This document shows, in pieces, positions 1 to 13,074 of a stretch of 64,000 bases of DNA (position 1 is its first letter; every line of letters begins with the position of its first letter). Source of the stretch: Octopus bimaculoides (Eukaryota). Under the pieces are notes generated by a model that saw only the letters and a list, made by a program, of their open reading frames with translations, ran no database searches and was not told where the DNA came from. Location of the stretch: the NCBI RefSeq assembly GCF_001194135.2, contig NC_068981.1, positions 77,630,078-77,694,077 of the forward strand. Direction: 5' to 3'. The position numbers and the translations under genes were made by a program.

Positions 1-361
1 TTACAGGCCAATTCGGAAAGGAATCCTGTTCTAACGCGTGAGCGAATATATTTACGTATTTCGAAAGCTAATTGTTTTATTAACCACTATTGCTAATTAA
101 CTGGCGACTTGTGTTCTATATATTCTTCCGTTAAGGGAAAATTTCTACGTGCAATATCAAATGTTTTTCCTGGAAATATAATACACCAGTATTTAGATAT
201 GGGGTTGCTAGACATGAATAATCTGCCGTGTGAGTTATTTCATCAAAACAGTGAGCGATTTTAAATGTGTATGTGTGCATGTAAGCGCGTGCACATGTAT
301 ATATGTATATAAATAGACACACAGACACACCTATATAAACATATATTTATATATATGTAAC

Positions 362-597
362 ATGTTGGCACTCCGTCGCTTACGACGTCGAGGGTTTCAG
401 TTGATCCGATCAACGGAACAGCCTGCTCGTGAAATTAACGTGCAAGTGGCTGAGCATTCCACAGACACGTGTACCCTTAACGCAGTTCTCGGGGATATTC
501 AGCGTGACACAGTGTGACAAGGCTGGCCCTTTGAATTACAGGCACAACAGAAACAGGAAGAAAGAGTGAGAGAAGGTTGTGGTGAAAGAGTACCGCA
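362..597. mobile_element. Dispersed SINE-like repeat, cut by N gap
   Basis: GTTGGCACTCCGTCG...CAGCCTGCTCGTGAAATTAACGTGCAAGTGGCTGAGC...GGCCCTTTGAA resembles an abundant octopus repeat from memory; only one copy in the window. Confidence 0.45.
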
Positions 598-1690
598 NNN
601 NNNNNNNNNNNNNNNNNNNNNNNNNNNNNNNNNNNNNNNNNNNNNNNNNNNNNNNNNNNNNNNNNNNNNNNNNNNNNNNNNNNNNNNNNNNNNNNNNNNN
701 NNNNNNNNNNNNNNNNNNNNNNNNNNNNNNNNNNNNNNNNNNNNNNNNNNNNNNNNNNNNNNNNNNNNNNNNNNNNNNNNNNNNNNNNNNNNNNNNNNNN
801 NNNNNNNNNNNNNNNNNNNNNNNNNNNNNNNNNNNNNNNNNNNNNNNNNNNNNNNNNNNNNNNNNNNNNNNNNNNNNNNNNNNNNNNNNNNNNNNNNNNN
901 NNNNNNNNNNNNNNNNNNNNNNNNNNNNNNNNNNNNNNNNNNNNNNNNNNNNNNNNNNNNNNNNNNNNNNNNNNNNNNNNNNNNNNNNNNNNNNNNNNNN
1001 NNNNNNNNNNNNNNNNNNNNNNNNNNNNNNNNNNNNNNNNNNNNNNNNNNNNNNNNNNNNNNNNNNNNNNNNNNNNNNNNNNNNNNNNNNNNNNNNNNNN
1101 NNNNNNNNNNNNNNNNNNNNNNNNNNNNNNNNNNNNNNNNNNNNNNNNNNNNNNNNNNNNNNNNNNNNNNNNNNNNNNNNNNNNNNNNNNNNNNNNNNNN
1201 NNNNNNNNNNNNNNNNNNNNNNNNNNNNNNNNNNNNNNNNNNNNNNNNNNNNNNNNNNNNNNNNNNNNNNNNNNNNNNNNNNNNNNNNNNNNNNNNNNNN
1301 NNNNNNNNNNNNNNNNNNNNNNNNNNNNNNNNNNNNNNNNNNNNNNNNNNNNNNNNNNNNNNNNNNNNNNNNNNNNNNNNNNNNNNNNNNNNNNNNNNNN
1401 NNNNNNNNNNNNNNNNNNNNNNNNNNNNNNNNNNNNNNNNNNNNNNNNNNNNNNNNNNNNNNNNNNNNNNNNNNNNNNNNNNNNNNNNNNNNNNNNNTAA
1501 CAAAGATAATTGGAATTATCTTTGTTATTTTTACTGGTTTATTTTGTCTTCATCTTCGCTCCTTGTACTATGTGGACATTTATTGTGGTTCTAGAGTCAG
1601 AATTTGACTGCTATTTTTCAGCGTGGCGGTATCTCTTAGATACCCTGCATTATAATTTTATATATAAATATATATATATATACATGTGTG

Positions 1691-1725
<35 letters not shown>

Positions 1726-1869
1726 ATGTATGTTTATAGATACTTGCACACACGCGTACGCACACGCACACACACACACATACGCGCGCGCATACATATT
1801 TAAGAAAACAGACTGAGAAGATTGTACAGCACACCCATTTACGTAAATCCGACCAGGAGAGCAATTTCT

Positions 1870-2385
1870 AATTAACCCAAAAGATAAAGCTTCTCAACCC
1901 GAGAAAAAGCAAATATAGATTCGTTTCTACAGAAACAAACAACAAATCTCTCGTAATCGTATTGCATTATTGTCACAAGTAAGTGGTTTATTAACATCGG
2001 GAATAACGAAAAACAATGGAGATTTATTCGGTTTGATATCATAGAATGCTATCCATCCATCTTTAAGAGTTTTTTGAAGGAGTTAGACTAACCAACAGTG
2101 ACATTAGTATAATAATGAAATTAGAGTAGTTACTATATTATGTTAATTCCTTTTGGTTTAATGTCGATAACAACTTGTAATACGGAGATACCAAATTTAG
2201 TTGGATTATACCAGACACATTGATAAGTAGAATACAATCTACTAACATACGATTATACAGAAATAGCAGAATATCTCTATCATATAATATGAATGGATGT
2301 GACACACTAAGGAAACTACTTATTAACATCTTCAAAAATTCAGCCTTACAATTTCAATAGACACCAATCTGAAAGTAGTATATAA

Positions 2386-2444
<59 letters not shown>

Positions 2445-3180
2445 NNNNNNNNNNNNNNNNNNNNNNNNNNNNNNNNNNNNNNNNNNNNNNNNNNNNNNNN
2501 NNNNNNNNNNNNNNNNNNNNATATATATGTAAACACGAGAAAATACCATTCCTACTGAAAAATTGACGAAGAAACAATGTGAATATATTCTTAAAAAGAA
2601 ACTGCTTCGATGACAGACTGAAATTTAAACAACGCACACCAAAAGTCTTAAACACAGAGATAGGAAAATAACATCATTTAATTCCAGTACAGTACAAATG
2701 CATCATCAACAATAGCAAGGAAGTTCCTGATACTGATAAGGGGTATCTTCACTTACATCACAAATATATTATATAACTGTTTATAGAAATGTTGCTGAAG
2801 TCATATTAAGTTGTTCAATATGGGATCACAAATTTCCAACCTCAATCAACAGCTAGAAAACTTAATTAACTCGTCTTGAATGTATCTGTAGAAATATAAT
2901 AAACTGTCCAATGAAGAGGGCATGTTTGTCGGAAGTGTATACTGCGTTTACTGAAAACACTCGTACATACTGATGGAATATCTATTGCATTGATATAGCA
3001 GCAAGGGTAATTTGAATCTATTATCAAAACAAGACTTTGTACCCAAAAGACAAAGAAGTCAGCTGTAGTAAATTCTGACCACCAGAGCATTTTTGGCAGC
3101 TTGGGAGGAATGTCGAAATGAAGATAGTTATAATATCAAAATTTGATTAGAAAAATAAATTTTATGTGGTCTCGACCTGA
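1870..3180 (+). mobile_element. Degraded Hydra-clade-like PLE RT and GIY-YIG fragment, interrupted by (CT)n and a gap
   Basis: Manual translation: RFIRFDIIECYPSI (~FIQFDIVDFYPSI), NLVGLY (~ELVGLY), LTISIDTNLKVV (~ITIETNLKVV); many stops and frameshifts. Confidence 0.6.
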
Positions 3181-3234
3181 TTGGTCTATCGGATATAAAA
3201 GTAATTTATCGTTATTATAATCATTATAGCAGGG

Positions 3235-3660
3235 TTCCAGCCCGAGCCGCACCAACATGGTTCACTCACCACATTTATCGGTACATTATCATTGCCTCTG
3301 TGTCCTGGATACCCTTCAGGCCAGAGTCTGCAATCAAATCATCGATGTGAGTGTGACAACGTTTTCTTTGCCTCATCATGAAGTGGGTTCCACAACATTA
3401 ATTTAGATACGTCCAGATCAGGGTCGCAACACGCAGTGACCAGACATTCGTAGCCGTCTTTGCCTGATCTGCTCGCTAACTTTCAGCAGGTTCCCATAAA
3501 GGCATTTATTTGTCATATGTTGCTGCCATTTCACATTTAAAGCCATTCGTAACATTCTTCTGTAGCATACATTTAGCCCGTTTGGTAATTTCTTTGTCAG
3601 TCTCCATATTTCACTCTTATATAATAACACTGATTCGACAGTTGCAATGAACAGCATGGT
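3235..3660 (-). mobile_element. RTE/RTEX-like LINE 3' portion
   Basis: ORF 3418-3657: LFIATVESVLLYKSEIWRLTK...YRRMLRMALNVKWQQHMTN...IRQRRLRMSGHC, a typical post-RT region. Confidence 0.85.
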
Positions 3661-3661
3661 T

Positions 3662-4015
3662 TTGATTTACCTGACCAATTTGGAGTATCATAGAAAGACA
3701 GCTACCTGCCATTATAACCTTCGTGGATTTCAGTAAAGCATTTAACTGCATCCATCGTTATAAAATGTTGAAGATCCTTTGAGCATATGGCATTCCAGAA
3801 AAACTAGATTTTACCATTGCAACGACCTATGAGAAAACCAGAGAGCGTGTGTTTTCATCTGACGGAGAAACAAAATTCTTTCAAATGCTAGTTGAGATGC
3901 TACAAGGTGGTAGACTTACCCCTTAGCAATTGTATTGGCTTATCCAATGCGGCAAGTTATAGAGAATGGTCTTATACCGTGATTTCACCATAGACTGGGA
4001 GAGGTCGTAAAAGTA
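3662..4015 (+). mobile_element. RT core of the same LINE type, in inverted orientation
   Basis: Manual translation: LPAIITFVDFSKAFNCIHRYKMLKIL*AYGIPEK...DGETKFF...LQG. Confidence 0.85.
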
Positions 4016-4458
4016 AAACTGGATGATATTTTGATACAACCCGGAAGTTTGCAATAATCTGTTCGTTTTGACTTGAAGAGCCACAAGTTTTGGAAATATC
4101 CTTCAGATGAATTATTATGTGAAGAAAAAGTGAGGAGTCATTTGATCAGGTCCTGAGTACTCTCTAGTTTCAGCTCGTCTGGGTCATGTAGAAAAATTTC
4201 TTCCCCTAAGCCAGCTGTCAACTTTAATTTCCCGTTCGTACATCTACCACACTGCTCACATATGACTAGATTTTTCCTCATTTTTGTCTTCAGTGACTTC
4301 ACATTACTCCTTTACTCAAGTTTTCTATCGCACTTACACTACCAAGGTGGCAAAATGCTTATATTACTTTTCTCTCGGAAGAAACGAGGGCCAAGGAGCG
4401 AAATATCAATGTCTTTTATTCTGCACGACAAATCAACTCAATATAGTATTATATGAAC

Positions 4459-4503
<45 letters not shown>

Positions 4504-5005
4504 TGTGTGTATGTCTGTAATCGTGTCAGTTATTTCTTACCTTATTTTTGTCAATGGACAAGTACCATACATCAGACTTTTGCGTACCGATTTGATACCA
4601 ACACCCACGCACTATGTATATATATATATATANNNNNNNNNNNNNNNNNNNNNNNNNNNNNNNNNNNNNNNNNNNNNNNNNNNNNNNNNNNNNNNNNNNN
4701 NNNNNNNNNNNNNNNNNNNNNNNNNNNNNNNNNNNNNNNNNNNNNNNNNNNNNNNNNNNNNNNNNNNNNNNNNNNNNNNNNNNNNNNNNNNNNNNNNNNN
4801 NNNNNNNNNNNNNNNNNNNNNNNNNNNNNNNNNNNNNNNNNNNNNNNNNNNNNNNNNNNNNNNNNNNNNNNNNNNNNNNNNNNGTACTGTATATTTTTTA
4901 TTATTTTTATAATTTGTATATATTTTTTTAATTATAAATTTAAAAGAACACCACGGAGGAATCGGCTTAATCTTAAATAACAAACCGCGATACGGTGAGG
5001 TATTA

Positions 5006-5037
<32 letters not shown>

Positions 5038-5069
5038 TGCTACCTAATTGCTACCTAGCTAGCTAGATG

Positions 5070-5119
<50 letters not shown>

Positions 5120-5194
5120 CGTACGTACGTATGTACGTACATACATACATACATACATACATACATACATACATACATACATACATACAATCAA

Positions 5195-5350
5195 CGGGTT
5201 TCAACGCTGTCTAGCAAACTAACTCACAGAGCATTAGTGAACTCGGAGCTATAGTAAGAAACACTTTCAAAAGTTGACGTGCAGTAGGACTGACCCTGAA
5301 AGCAAATGATTGTGAAACTAAATTCTTCAGCACACAGCCATGTCTGCGCC
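5195..5350 (-). mobile_element. Degraded tRNA-derived SINE head (family C)
   Basis: Diverged reverse-complement match to the copies at 35936 and 59976. Confidence 0.5.
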
Positions 5351-5867
5351 TGTAATGTAAATTAATTATTTATTAGAACACGTCGTGTGTGGTGAAAGAT
5401 AGTTATCTGAAAGTTATAATAACGCAAATATAGACTTTGCATTACCAGCTAAGAATTCTTTTAATAAGAAAATATTTTATATTTTTAGTCAGAATCTAAG
5501 ACGAGTAATAAGGGAAAATATGGCAGAGATGTAAAATAATAGCGTATCTGGTATTTTCGTCTCTCACTAGAAGCAGTAAAACAGCAAACACGGTACTATA
5601 AATTACGATGTCAGGTCTATTACACGATTACGCAGTCGGCTGAGAGAGAAAGACTACGGAAATGTGTGGAGAGTAAGTGTTAGGAATAGAGAGAATATCT
5701 TAAGATAGACTTTAATAGAGATGAAAATACATTCAATTGAATGAATGAAAGAAAGGAGGAAGGAATGAACGAATGAAAAGTGTAGGTGGTTGAAATCTCG
5801 CACATCGTTCAGTTTTCTGTTTGAACAAAAGCAATCAATAGCTGTAATCCGTTAATTTACATACTGG

Positions 5868-5913
<46 letters not shown>

Positions 5914-6235
5914 CGTGCGTGAGTGTATGTATGTATATATATGTATATATATATATATATATANNNNNNNNNNNNNNNNNNNNNNNNNNNNNNNNNNNNN
6001 NNNNNNNNNNNNNNNNNNNNNNNNNNNNNNNNNNNNNNNNNNNNNNNNNNNNNNNNNNNNNNNNNNNNNNNNNNNNNNNNNNNNNNNNNNNNNNNNNNNN
6101 NNNNNNNNNNNNNNNNNNNNNNNNNNNNNNNNNNNNNNNNNNNNNNNNNNNNNNNNNNNNNNNNNNNNNNNNNNNNNNNNNNNNNNNNNNNNNNNNNNNN
6201 NNNNNNNNNNNNNNNNNNNNNNNNNNNNNNNNNNN

Positions 6236-6296
<61 letters not shown>

Positions 6297-7069
6297 CCAT
6301 ATTTAAATGAATATATATGTATATATATTTGAATATATGTGCATATACTTATATATAAATATACATACAAATGTATATGCAAATATATACATATATGTGT
6401 GTATATATGTATATATATACATATATAGATATATATATAGATAGATTTATATACATACATACATACATATATTATTATATATAATGTTCAATTATAGATA
6501 TAATAGCCAATAATTTGAGCATAAAATAATGGATATTTTAAATCTCGAAAATAGCATTTCATCTGATAAGCTATAGCATCCGCGATGTAACAAGAAGTTT
6601 TCGATTCTGACAGTTGGTGAGACTGCGCATCAAAGCTGCGTAATGTCAAAGACGAGATAACTATTTCGTTTTATAACGGCAGACGTTTGTAGTCATTATT
6701 TTAGATGTCATCGTTTATTTCTCCTTCTTTATATTGGAAGATTAATTTGAAAAAGAAAAGAGCCTAACAAAATAAATAATAAGAAATCGTAACATAATGT
6801 TGTGTACATGCTACAGAGATATTCATTTCAATGATATAATTAAAGCACGAATTGAATGGTGATATTGATACGTAAATATGATTCCTGTACAAACAGATCT
6901 TATATAGCGAAGAATGAAATAAGAGAACATAGATGTAATGCTATATTCTAGAATGCGTATGAACAAATGGAATTACAGATATTTACTTGGAGATTTATGT
7001 GTAATAGATTTTATCCTTTTTTGTAGATATGTATGTGTATGCGTGTGTTTATGTATGTCTGTATGAATG

Positions 7070-7127
<58 letters not shown>

Positions 7128-8288
7128 CATATGTGCGTGTTTATATCTACGTATGTGTGATTTTGCGTTTGTGTGTCTGTGTGCATGTGTATGAGTGTGT
7201 GTGTGTACTGATATATAGAAATATAATATTAGATAGATGGATAGATAGATAGAAGATACGCAGACAATCACATAGAGAGATCCATGTACATTTTTATGAA
7301 GATAAATATATACGATTATATATTCATGTATATACATATATGCACATATATGTGTGTATATGCATGTGTTTATATGTATACATGCATATATATATAGGTA
7401 TGTATGTGTATATGTATGTATAAAATATACACACGCACACTCATATATAAAGTTTGCAAATCCATTATCAGCTTCTCTAGACCTTCATGGTCTCTCCTTG
7501 TCGATGAATGAAGCGATGTTACCGTGTGTTGATGCCTCTTAATAGAAAGGATGAGGCAATTCAATTGCTGTAGACATTAACGCCCAGTAATGTTGACCTC
7601 TATGTGTTAATTTCTGTTTTGGGTCACTGAATTTTATTCTGTCATTGTGAGAGAACAAACAACGGTAATAGTACATTAATCACAAACAAAGATAAACAGC
7701 TGACTGCCGAAGCATAAATTTAAAAGTAAAAAAAAAAATCAATTCCGTTGATAATGCTTACACCAATCAGATTTACACCCTTCCACATCACCTTCCCATA
7801 GCCCTTCGTCCTCAAGGTCAAAATATAAAGGTATATAAACGATTTTGATTATTTGGAGAGCTTTACTATTCCAGATAGTCTGCAAGGAATACGTAGAAAA
7901 ATATGAAAAGAAATGATAGAAAAGCTAAAAATTGAAGTGCTTTCAATAGAACAAGGTTAAAAGAAAAAATGAAATGCTCTTCCCACTATTATACAAATAA
8001 ACATTCACAGAAACATACATACATACATACAAACATACATACATACATACATACATACATACATACATACATACATACATACATGATGTGTTGTTTGTTC
8101 ATTATGCTACAACGCAATTAGGTTTATGGGTGTGTAGATGTATATATATATTTGTTTATATATGTGTGACGCATTATGTAGCGTCGCTTATGTAAATAAC
8201 AAAAATTGCGAAACAACTGTCAACAAATGGAAGACATCTATTCTCTCACTTCACTCTTCTTATCTGATCAATGTTTCTACATATACGC

Positions 8289-8445
8289 GCAGGCGTGCTG
8301 TGTGTTAGGAAGCTTGCTTCCCAACCACATGGTTTCAGGTCCAGTCTCACTGCATGGTACCTTGAGTAAGTGCCATCTACTATAGCTTTGGGCCATTCAA
8401 ACCCTTGGGAGTTTATATGGCAGACGAAAACTGAAAGAACCCCTT
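8289..8445 (+). mobile_element. tRNA-derived SINE head (family C)
   Basis: GCAGGCGTG-CTGTGTG...CCAACCACATGGTTTCAGGTCCAGTC...GCAGACGAAAACTGAAAGAACCC; matches the other copies. Confidence 0.75.
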
Positions 8446-8447
8446 TT

Positions 8448-8483
<36 letters not shown>

Positions 8484-8599
8484 NNNNNNNNNNNNNNNNN
8501 NNNNNNNNNNNNNNNNNNNNNNNNNNNNNNNNNNNNNNNNNNNNNNNNNNNNNNNNNNNNNNNNNNNNNNNNNNNNNNTATAATTAGGTTGTTTATTCT

Positions 8600-9125
8600 T
8601 TAATCAGTATTTCGTCAAGAAATCAACAACACGGTACTTCTTCAAACGCACTTTTAGCCTGCAGTGAAGAACAGGAAGAAATTTACCACAGAGGAAGAGT
8701 TAGTCAATCAACATGTGCAATATGAACGACCTTTGTCATTTAATAAGAAAAATACTTATGTTCACTATTGCGTTACATTCGAGCCAACCATCGCTTGTGT
8801 GTGGTACTTTCTCTCAAATATCTTACCTTCTGAATGCCTACAGAGTATATTTTCCCAGATACGAGGGCCTTATTATATTTTTAAACCAGGAGAGGGCTCA
8901 AATCATTGCATTATCTAGTGAAGGATTCTCTGAAGTTGAAATTGCAAGAAAACTGAAATATTCGAGAAATGGTGTCCATCAAAAGGTATAATAAAACCAA
9001 TTCTTTCAAAAACTGTAAAGGCTGAGTTTACAAAAAGTGTACAACCACGAGAGAAGAGAGGTTGCTGAAGAAGACATCTCTGGTGGACAGGAAAAATACT
9101 TCTTTTGACGTAGCTGCTGAGTTCT
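8600..9125 (+). mobile_element. Tc1-like transposase N-terminal remnant
   Basis: ERAQIIALSSEGFSEVEIARKLKYSRNGVHQKV (paired-like HTH); near-duplicate at 11655-11815. Confidence 0.7.
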
Positions 9126-9159
9126 GAGAGGTAACAAAACAAGGATATCATAGAAATGA

Positions 9160-9389
9160 AGGGCGACGAGCTGGCAGAATCGTTAGCACGCCGGGTGGAA
9201 TGCTTAGAAGTATGTCGTCTGCCGTTACGTTCTGAGTTCAAATTCCGCCGAGGTCAACTTTGTCTTTCCTCTTTTCGGGGTCGATTAAATAAGTACCAGT
9301 TACGCAGTGGGATCGATGAAATCGACTTAATCCCTTTGTCTTTCCTTGTTTGTGCCCTTTATGTTTAGCCCCCTGTGGGCAATAAATAT
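9160..9389 (+). mobile_element. tRNA-derived SINE (family A) with 15 bp TSD
   Basis: GGCGACGAGCTGGCAGAATCGTTAGC...GAGTTCAAATTCC (A/B-box-like); ATATCATAGAAATGA at 9145-9159 and 9390-9404. Confidence 0.9.
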
Positions 9390-10412
9390 ATATCATAGAA
9401 ATGACCCATAAGATATAGCATAAAAAATTTTCGCAGATCATACATGTTTCGCCTTAAAATGGAATGTATACATTGGGTAGTGTACTCATAGATATATTAT
9501 GTCTGAAAAACAACAGGATTTTCATAGCTGAAATGCCTTTGATCAGAGGTATGCTCAGCCAGTTGGGAAGCATGGGTTAAAATATCCAACCAGTATCAGA
9601 AGCCCAGGTGACGCAGAGTTTATCACTACTACCTATCACTAATACCTTTACTCTTGCTGAAAATAAGTTACACTTCCAGTTTAAGGTCTAGTAGTTTGGG
9701 TAACGGAAACTTATACGAATGTATCAATGTGGTATAGTAATTCCTGACTTTTCTGTGAATAACTAAACTTTCATGAACATGTATAAAATTACAGAAAAAG
9801 GCATTGCGAAAATGTTCTTTAAATATTATCTCTGCTATGCAAATTATGCGTTCGTACATGATAGATTGTGCTGACAGTATTATGAGAAGTGCTTTAGGTA
9901 AAGGAGCGGGAGCGAAATGATTTAGTTTCCGAGCTGGTGTGCAGAATGAAAGTTATATCTGAAACAAGGATTCTTCAAAGAATTGTGTACTTGATAGAAT
10001 GACAATGAAAAATATTGGTTCGTATTGGTAAAACATAAAAATATTTGTTAGGGAAATATATACTTTACTCAAGAGTATAACTGAAAGGGAAGAAATGGCA
10101 TGCTCATCTGGCGCTCTGTTACCTTAGCTATCTCCAGTCTACTTCACAAGGGAAAATATTTCCTATATATATATACATACATGCTCAAATCTCCGAAGTT
10201 ACAGGGTTTTCGGATTCTGACTTTATGGTATCATATCATTTGCAAAAGGAATACACAAAGAAAGCTAAACTTAGTGACTATATCGAAAAATTGAAAAACT
10301 GAAATTGCGTAGCAACATCACTTCATGATAGCTTACTTACACAGGAGGTGACAAAGACAAGAAACTATTCAATACTGATATATGTATATATATATATATA
10401 TATATGTACATA

Positions 10413-10446
<34 letters not shown>

Positions 10447-11312
10447 NNNNNNNNNNNNNNNNNNNNNNNNNNNNNNNNNNNNNNNNNNNNNNNNNNNNNN
10501 NNNNNNNNNNNNNNNNNNNNNNNNNNNNNNNNNNNNNNNNNNNNNNNNNNNNNNNNNNNNNNNNNNNNNNNNNNNNNNNNNNNNNNNNNNNNNNNNNNNN
10601 NNNNNNNNNNNNNNNNNNNNNNNNNNNNNNNNNNNNNNNNNNNNNNNNNNNNNNNNNNNNNNNNNNNNNNNNNNNNNNNNNNNNNNNNNNNNNNNNNNNN
10701 NNNNNNNNNNNNNGCCACTGATCTTTGATGAGAGAGACAAAATCTTGGCAATCTTATATCTACTTTTCCAGTGAAATTCTTCACTGATATCGAAAAGGTG
10801 AAAACAAGCAATGTTAATTCTCTAAATGAAGTATTAACAGTAACTGCACGATAAAGTGTAGTATATTGCCACTTAAGTGTGGCTGACCCCTAGGGGTGGA
10901 TGTTACTGTTGCTTTTATCCCCAGGAGGACATCTCCTCCAGCTGGCTTATCGACACACTACTGTGTCCTGTTTGCCAAGGGAAGTTATCCCTCCCATCAT
11001 GATCTGTAGCACGAACGGACCCGTTAAATGTTTTAATTCGGTCTATTTTCCTCGCATACTGTTTTTCTCTGTTATATTGGTGCACTACGGTGGATTATTT
11101 AAGACTTGGCTCTTATTTCTGCTCATTAAGCATCATTACGATATTTCATAGCTCCTTAAAGCTATCATAACTGCGTTCCACCAATGCTACTACTGGTGAT
11201 ATCATCAAATTTTGAATTTATCCACAGATGATATGAACAGTAGTGACATCTAACTTCAAATCTAAGCGTTTGAATATTTCATTTAAATATATATATATAT
11301 ATATATATTATA

Positions 11313-11570
11313 CATCCTTGGCCAAAATTACGGAGCAGGTATGAAAAAATAGAGAATATGATTGAAATTCATTTACTTAATAATCGAAAACAGTATAATG
11401 AAAAGTCTACAGTCTCTTTCATCAATAATTAGTATTTGATATGTCCTTTTGCATTTATAACCACTTTTATACGTTTTTGCATACCTGAGACACAAGTGCC
11501 TGGGTCAAGTTGGTTCAAGTGCCTGGGTCAATCTTCTGCAACTCATTGTGTGACACTAACGTTTTCCCCC
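11313..11570 (-). mobile_element. Tc1-like terminus with transposase C-terminus
   Basis: TA|CATCCTTGGCCAAAATT terminus beside a (TA)n tract; minus-strand translation ~MPKRIKVVINAKGHIKY* (Tc1 SMPRR..AVI.AKGG.TKY*). Confidence 0.65.
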
Positions 11571-11654
11571 ATTCTTTAAGTGAATATCTTATGAATAACT
11601 TAACAATCGTTAATATTAATTAAAAATTTCTCCGAGGAAATAGATTCTCCTATC

Positions 11655-11815
11655 TCAAAGGGCTCAGCTCAATGCATTATCTAGTGAAGGATTCTCTTAA
11701 GTTGAAATTGCAAGAAAATTGAAATATTCGAGAAAAAGCTGTCCATCAAAAGGTACAATAAGACCAATTCTTTCGAAAACTGTAAAGAACGAGTTTGCAA
11801 AAAGTGTGGGTTCAT
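11655..11815 (+). mobile_element. Second copy of the Tc1 N-terminal HTH fragment
   Basis: GCATTATCTAGTGAAGGATTCTC...GAGTTTGCAAAAAGTGT aligns with 8900-9040. Confidence 0.7.
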
Positions 11816-11857
11816 CATACTGTTGTAAATACTTATCATCAATTTCGTTAACAGTTT

Positions 11858-11889
<32 letters not shown>

Positions 11890-12955
11890 TGTATGTATGC
11901 AAAACAGTTTGACTTAGCTGCAGGCAACTCAAAGTTTCGTAGACACGTAGAATGAACATAGCTTGTAAGGCATATGAATATTGAATGTATATATGTGTGT
12001 GTNNNNNNNNNNNNNNNNNNNNNNNNNNNNNNNNNNNNNNNNNNNNNNNNNNNNNNNNNNNNNNNNNNNNNNNNNNNNNNNNNNNNNNNNNNNNNNNNNN
12101 NNNNNNNNNNNNNNNNNNNNNNNNNNNNNNNNNNNNNNNNNNNNNNNNNNNNNNNNNNNNNNNNNNNNNNNNNNNNNNNNNNNNNNNNNNNNNNNNNNNN
12201 NNNNNNNNNNNNNNNNNNNNNNNNNNNNNNNNNNNNNNNNNNNNNNNNNNNNNNNNNNNNNNNNNNNNNNNNNNNNNNNNNNNNNNNNNNNNNNNNNNNN
12301 NNNNNNNNNNNNNNNNNNNNNNNNNNNNNNNNNNNNNNNNNNNNNNNNNNNNNNNNNNNNNNNNNNNNNNNNNNNNNNNNNNNNNNNNNNNNNNNNNNNN
12401 NNNNNNNNNNNNNNNNNNNNNNNNNNNNNNNNNNNNNNNNNNNNNNNNNNNNNNNNNNNNNNNNNNNNNNNNNNNNNNNNNNNNNNNNNNNNNNNNNNNN
12501 NNNNNNNNNNNNNNNNNNNNNNNNNNNNNNNNNNNNNNNNNNNNNNNNNNNNNNNNNNNNNNNNNNNNNNNNNNNNNNNNNNNNNNNNNNNNNNNNNNNN
12601 NNNNNNNNNNNNNNNNNNNNNNNNNNNNNNNNNNNNNNNNNNNNNNNNNNNNNNNNNNNNNNNNNNNNNNNNNNNNNNNNNNNNNNNNNNNNNNNNNNNN
12701 NNNNNNNNNNNNNNNNNNNNNNNNNNNNNNNNNNNNNNNNNNNNNNNNNNNNNNNNNNNNNNNNNNNNNNNNNNNNNNNNNNNNNNNNNNNNNNNNNNNN
12801 NNNNNNNNNNNNNNNNNNNNNNNNNNNNNNNNNNNNNNNNNNNNNNNNNNNNNNNNNNNNNNNNNNNNNNNNNNNNNNNNNNNNNNNNNNNNNNNNNNNN
12901 NNNNNNNNNNNNNNNNNNNNNATATATATATATATATATATGCATATATATATAC

Positions 12956-13020
<65 letters not shown>

Positions 13021-13074
13021 CACACATGTAAATATATATTTATATATATACACACTACTAAAAGATAAATAAGT

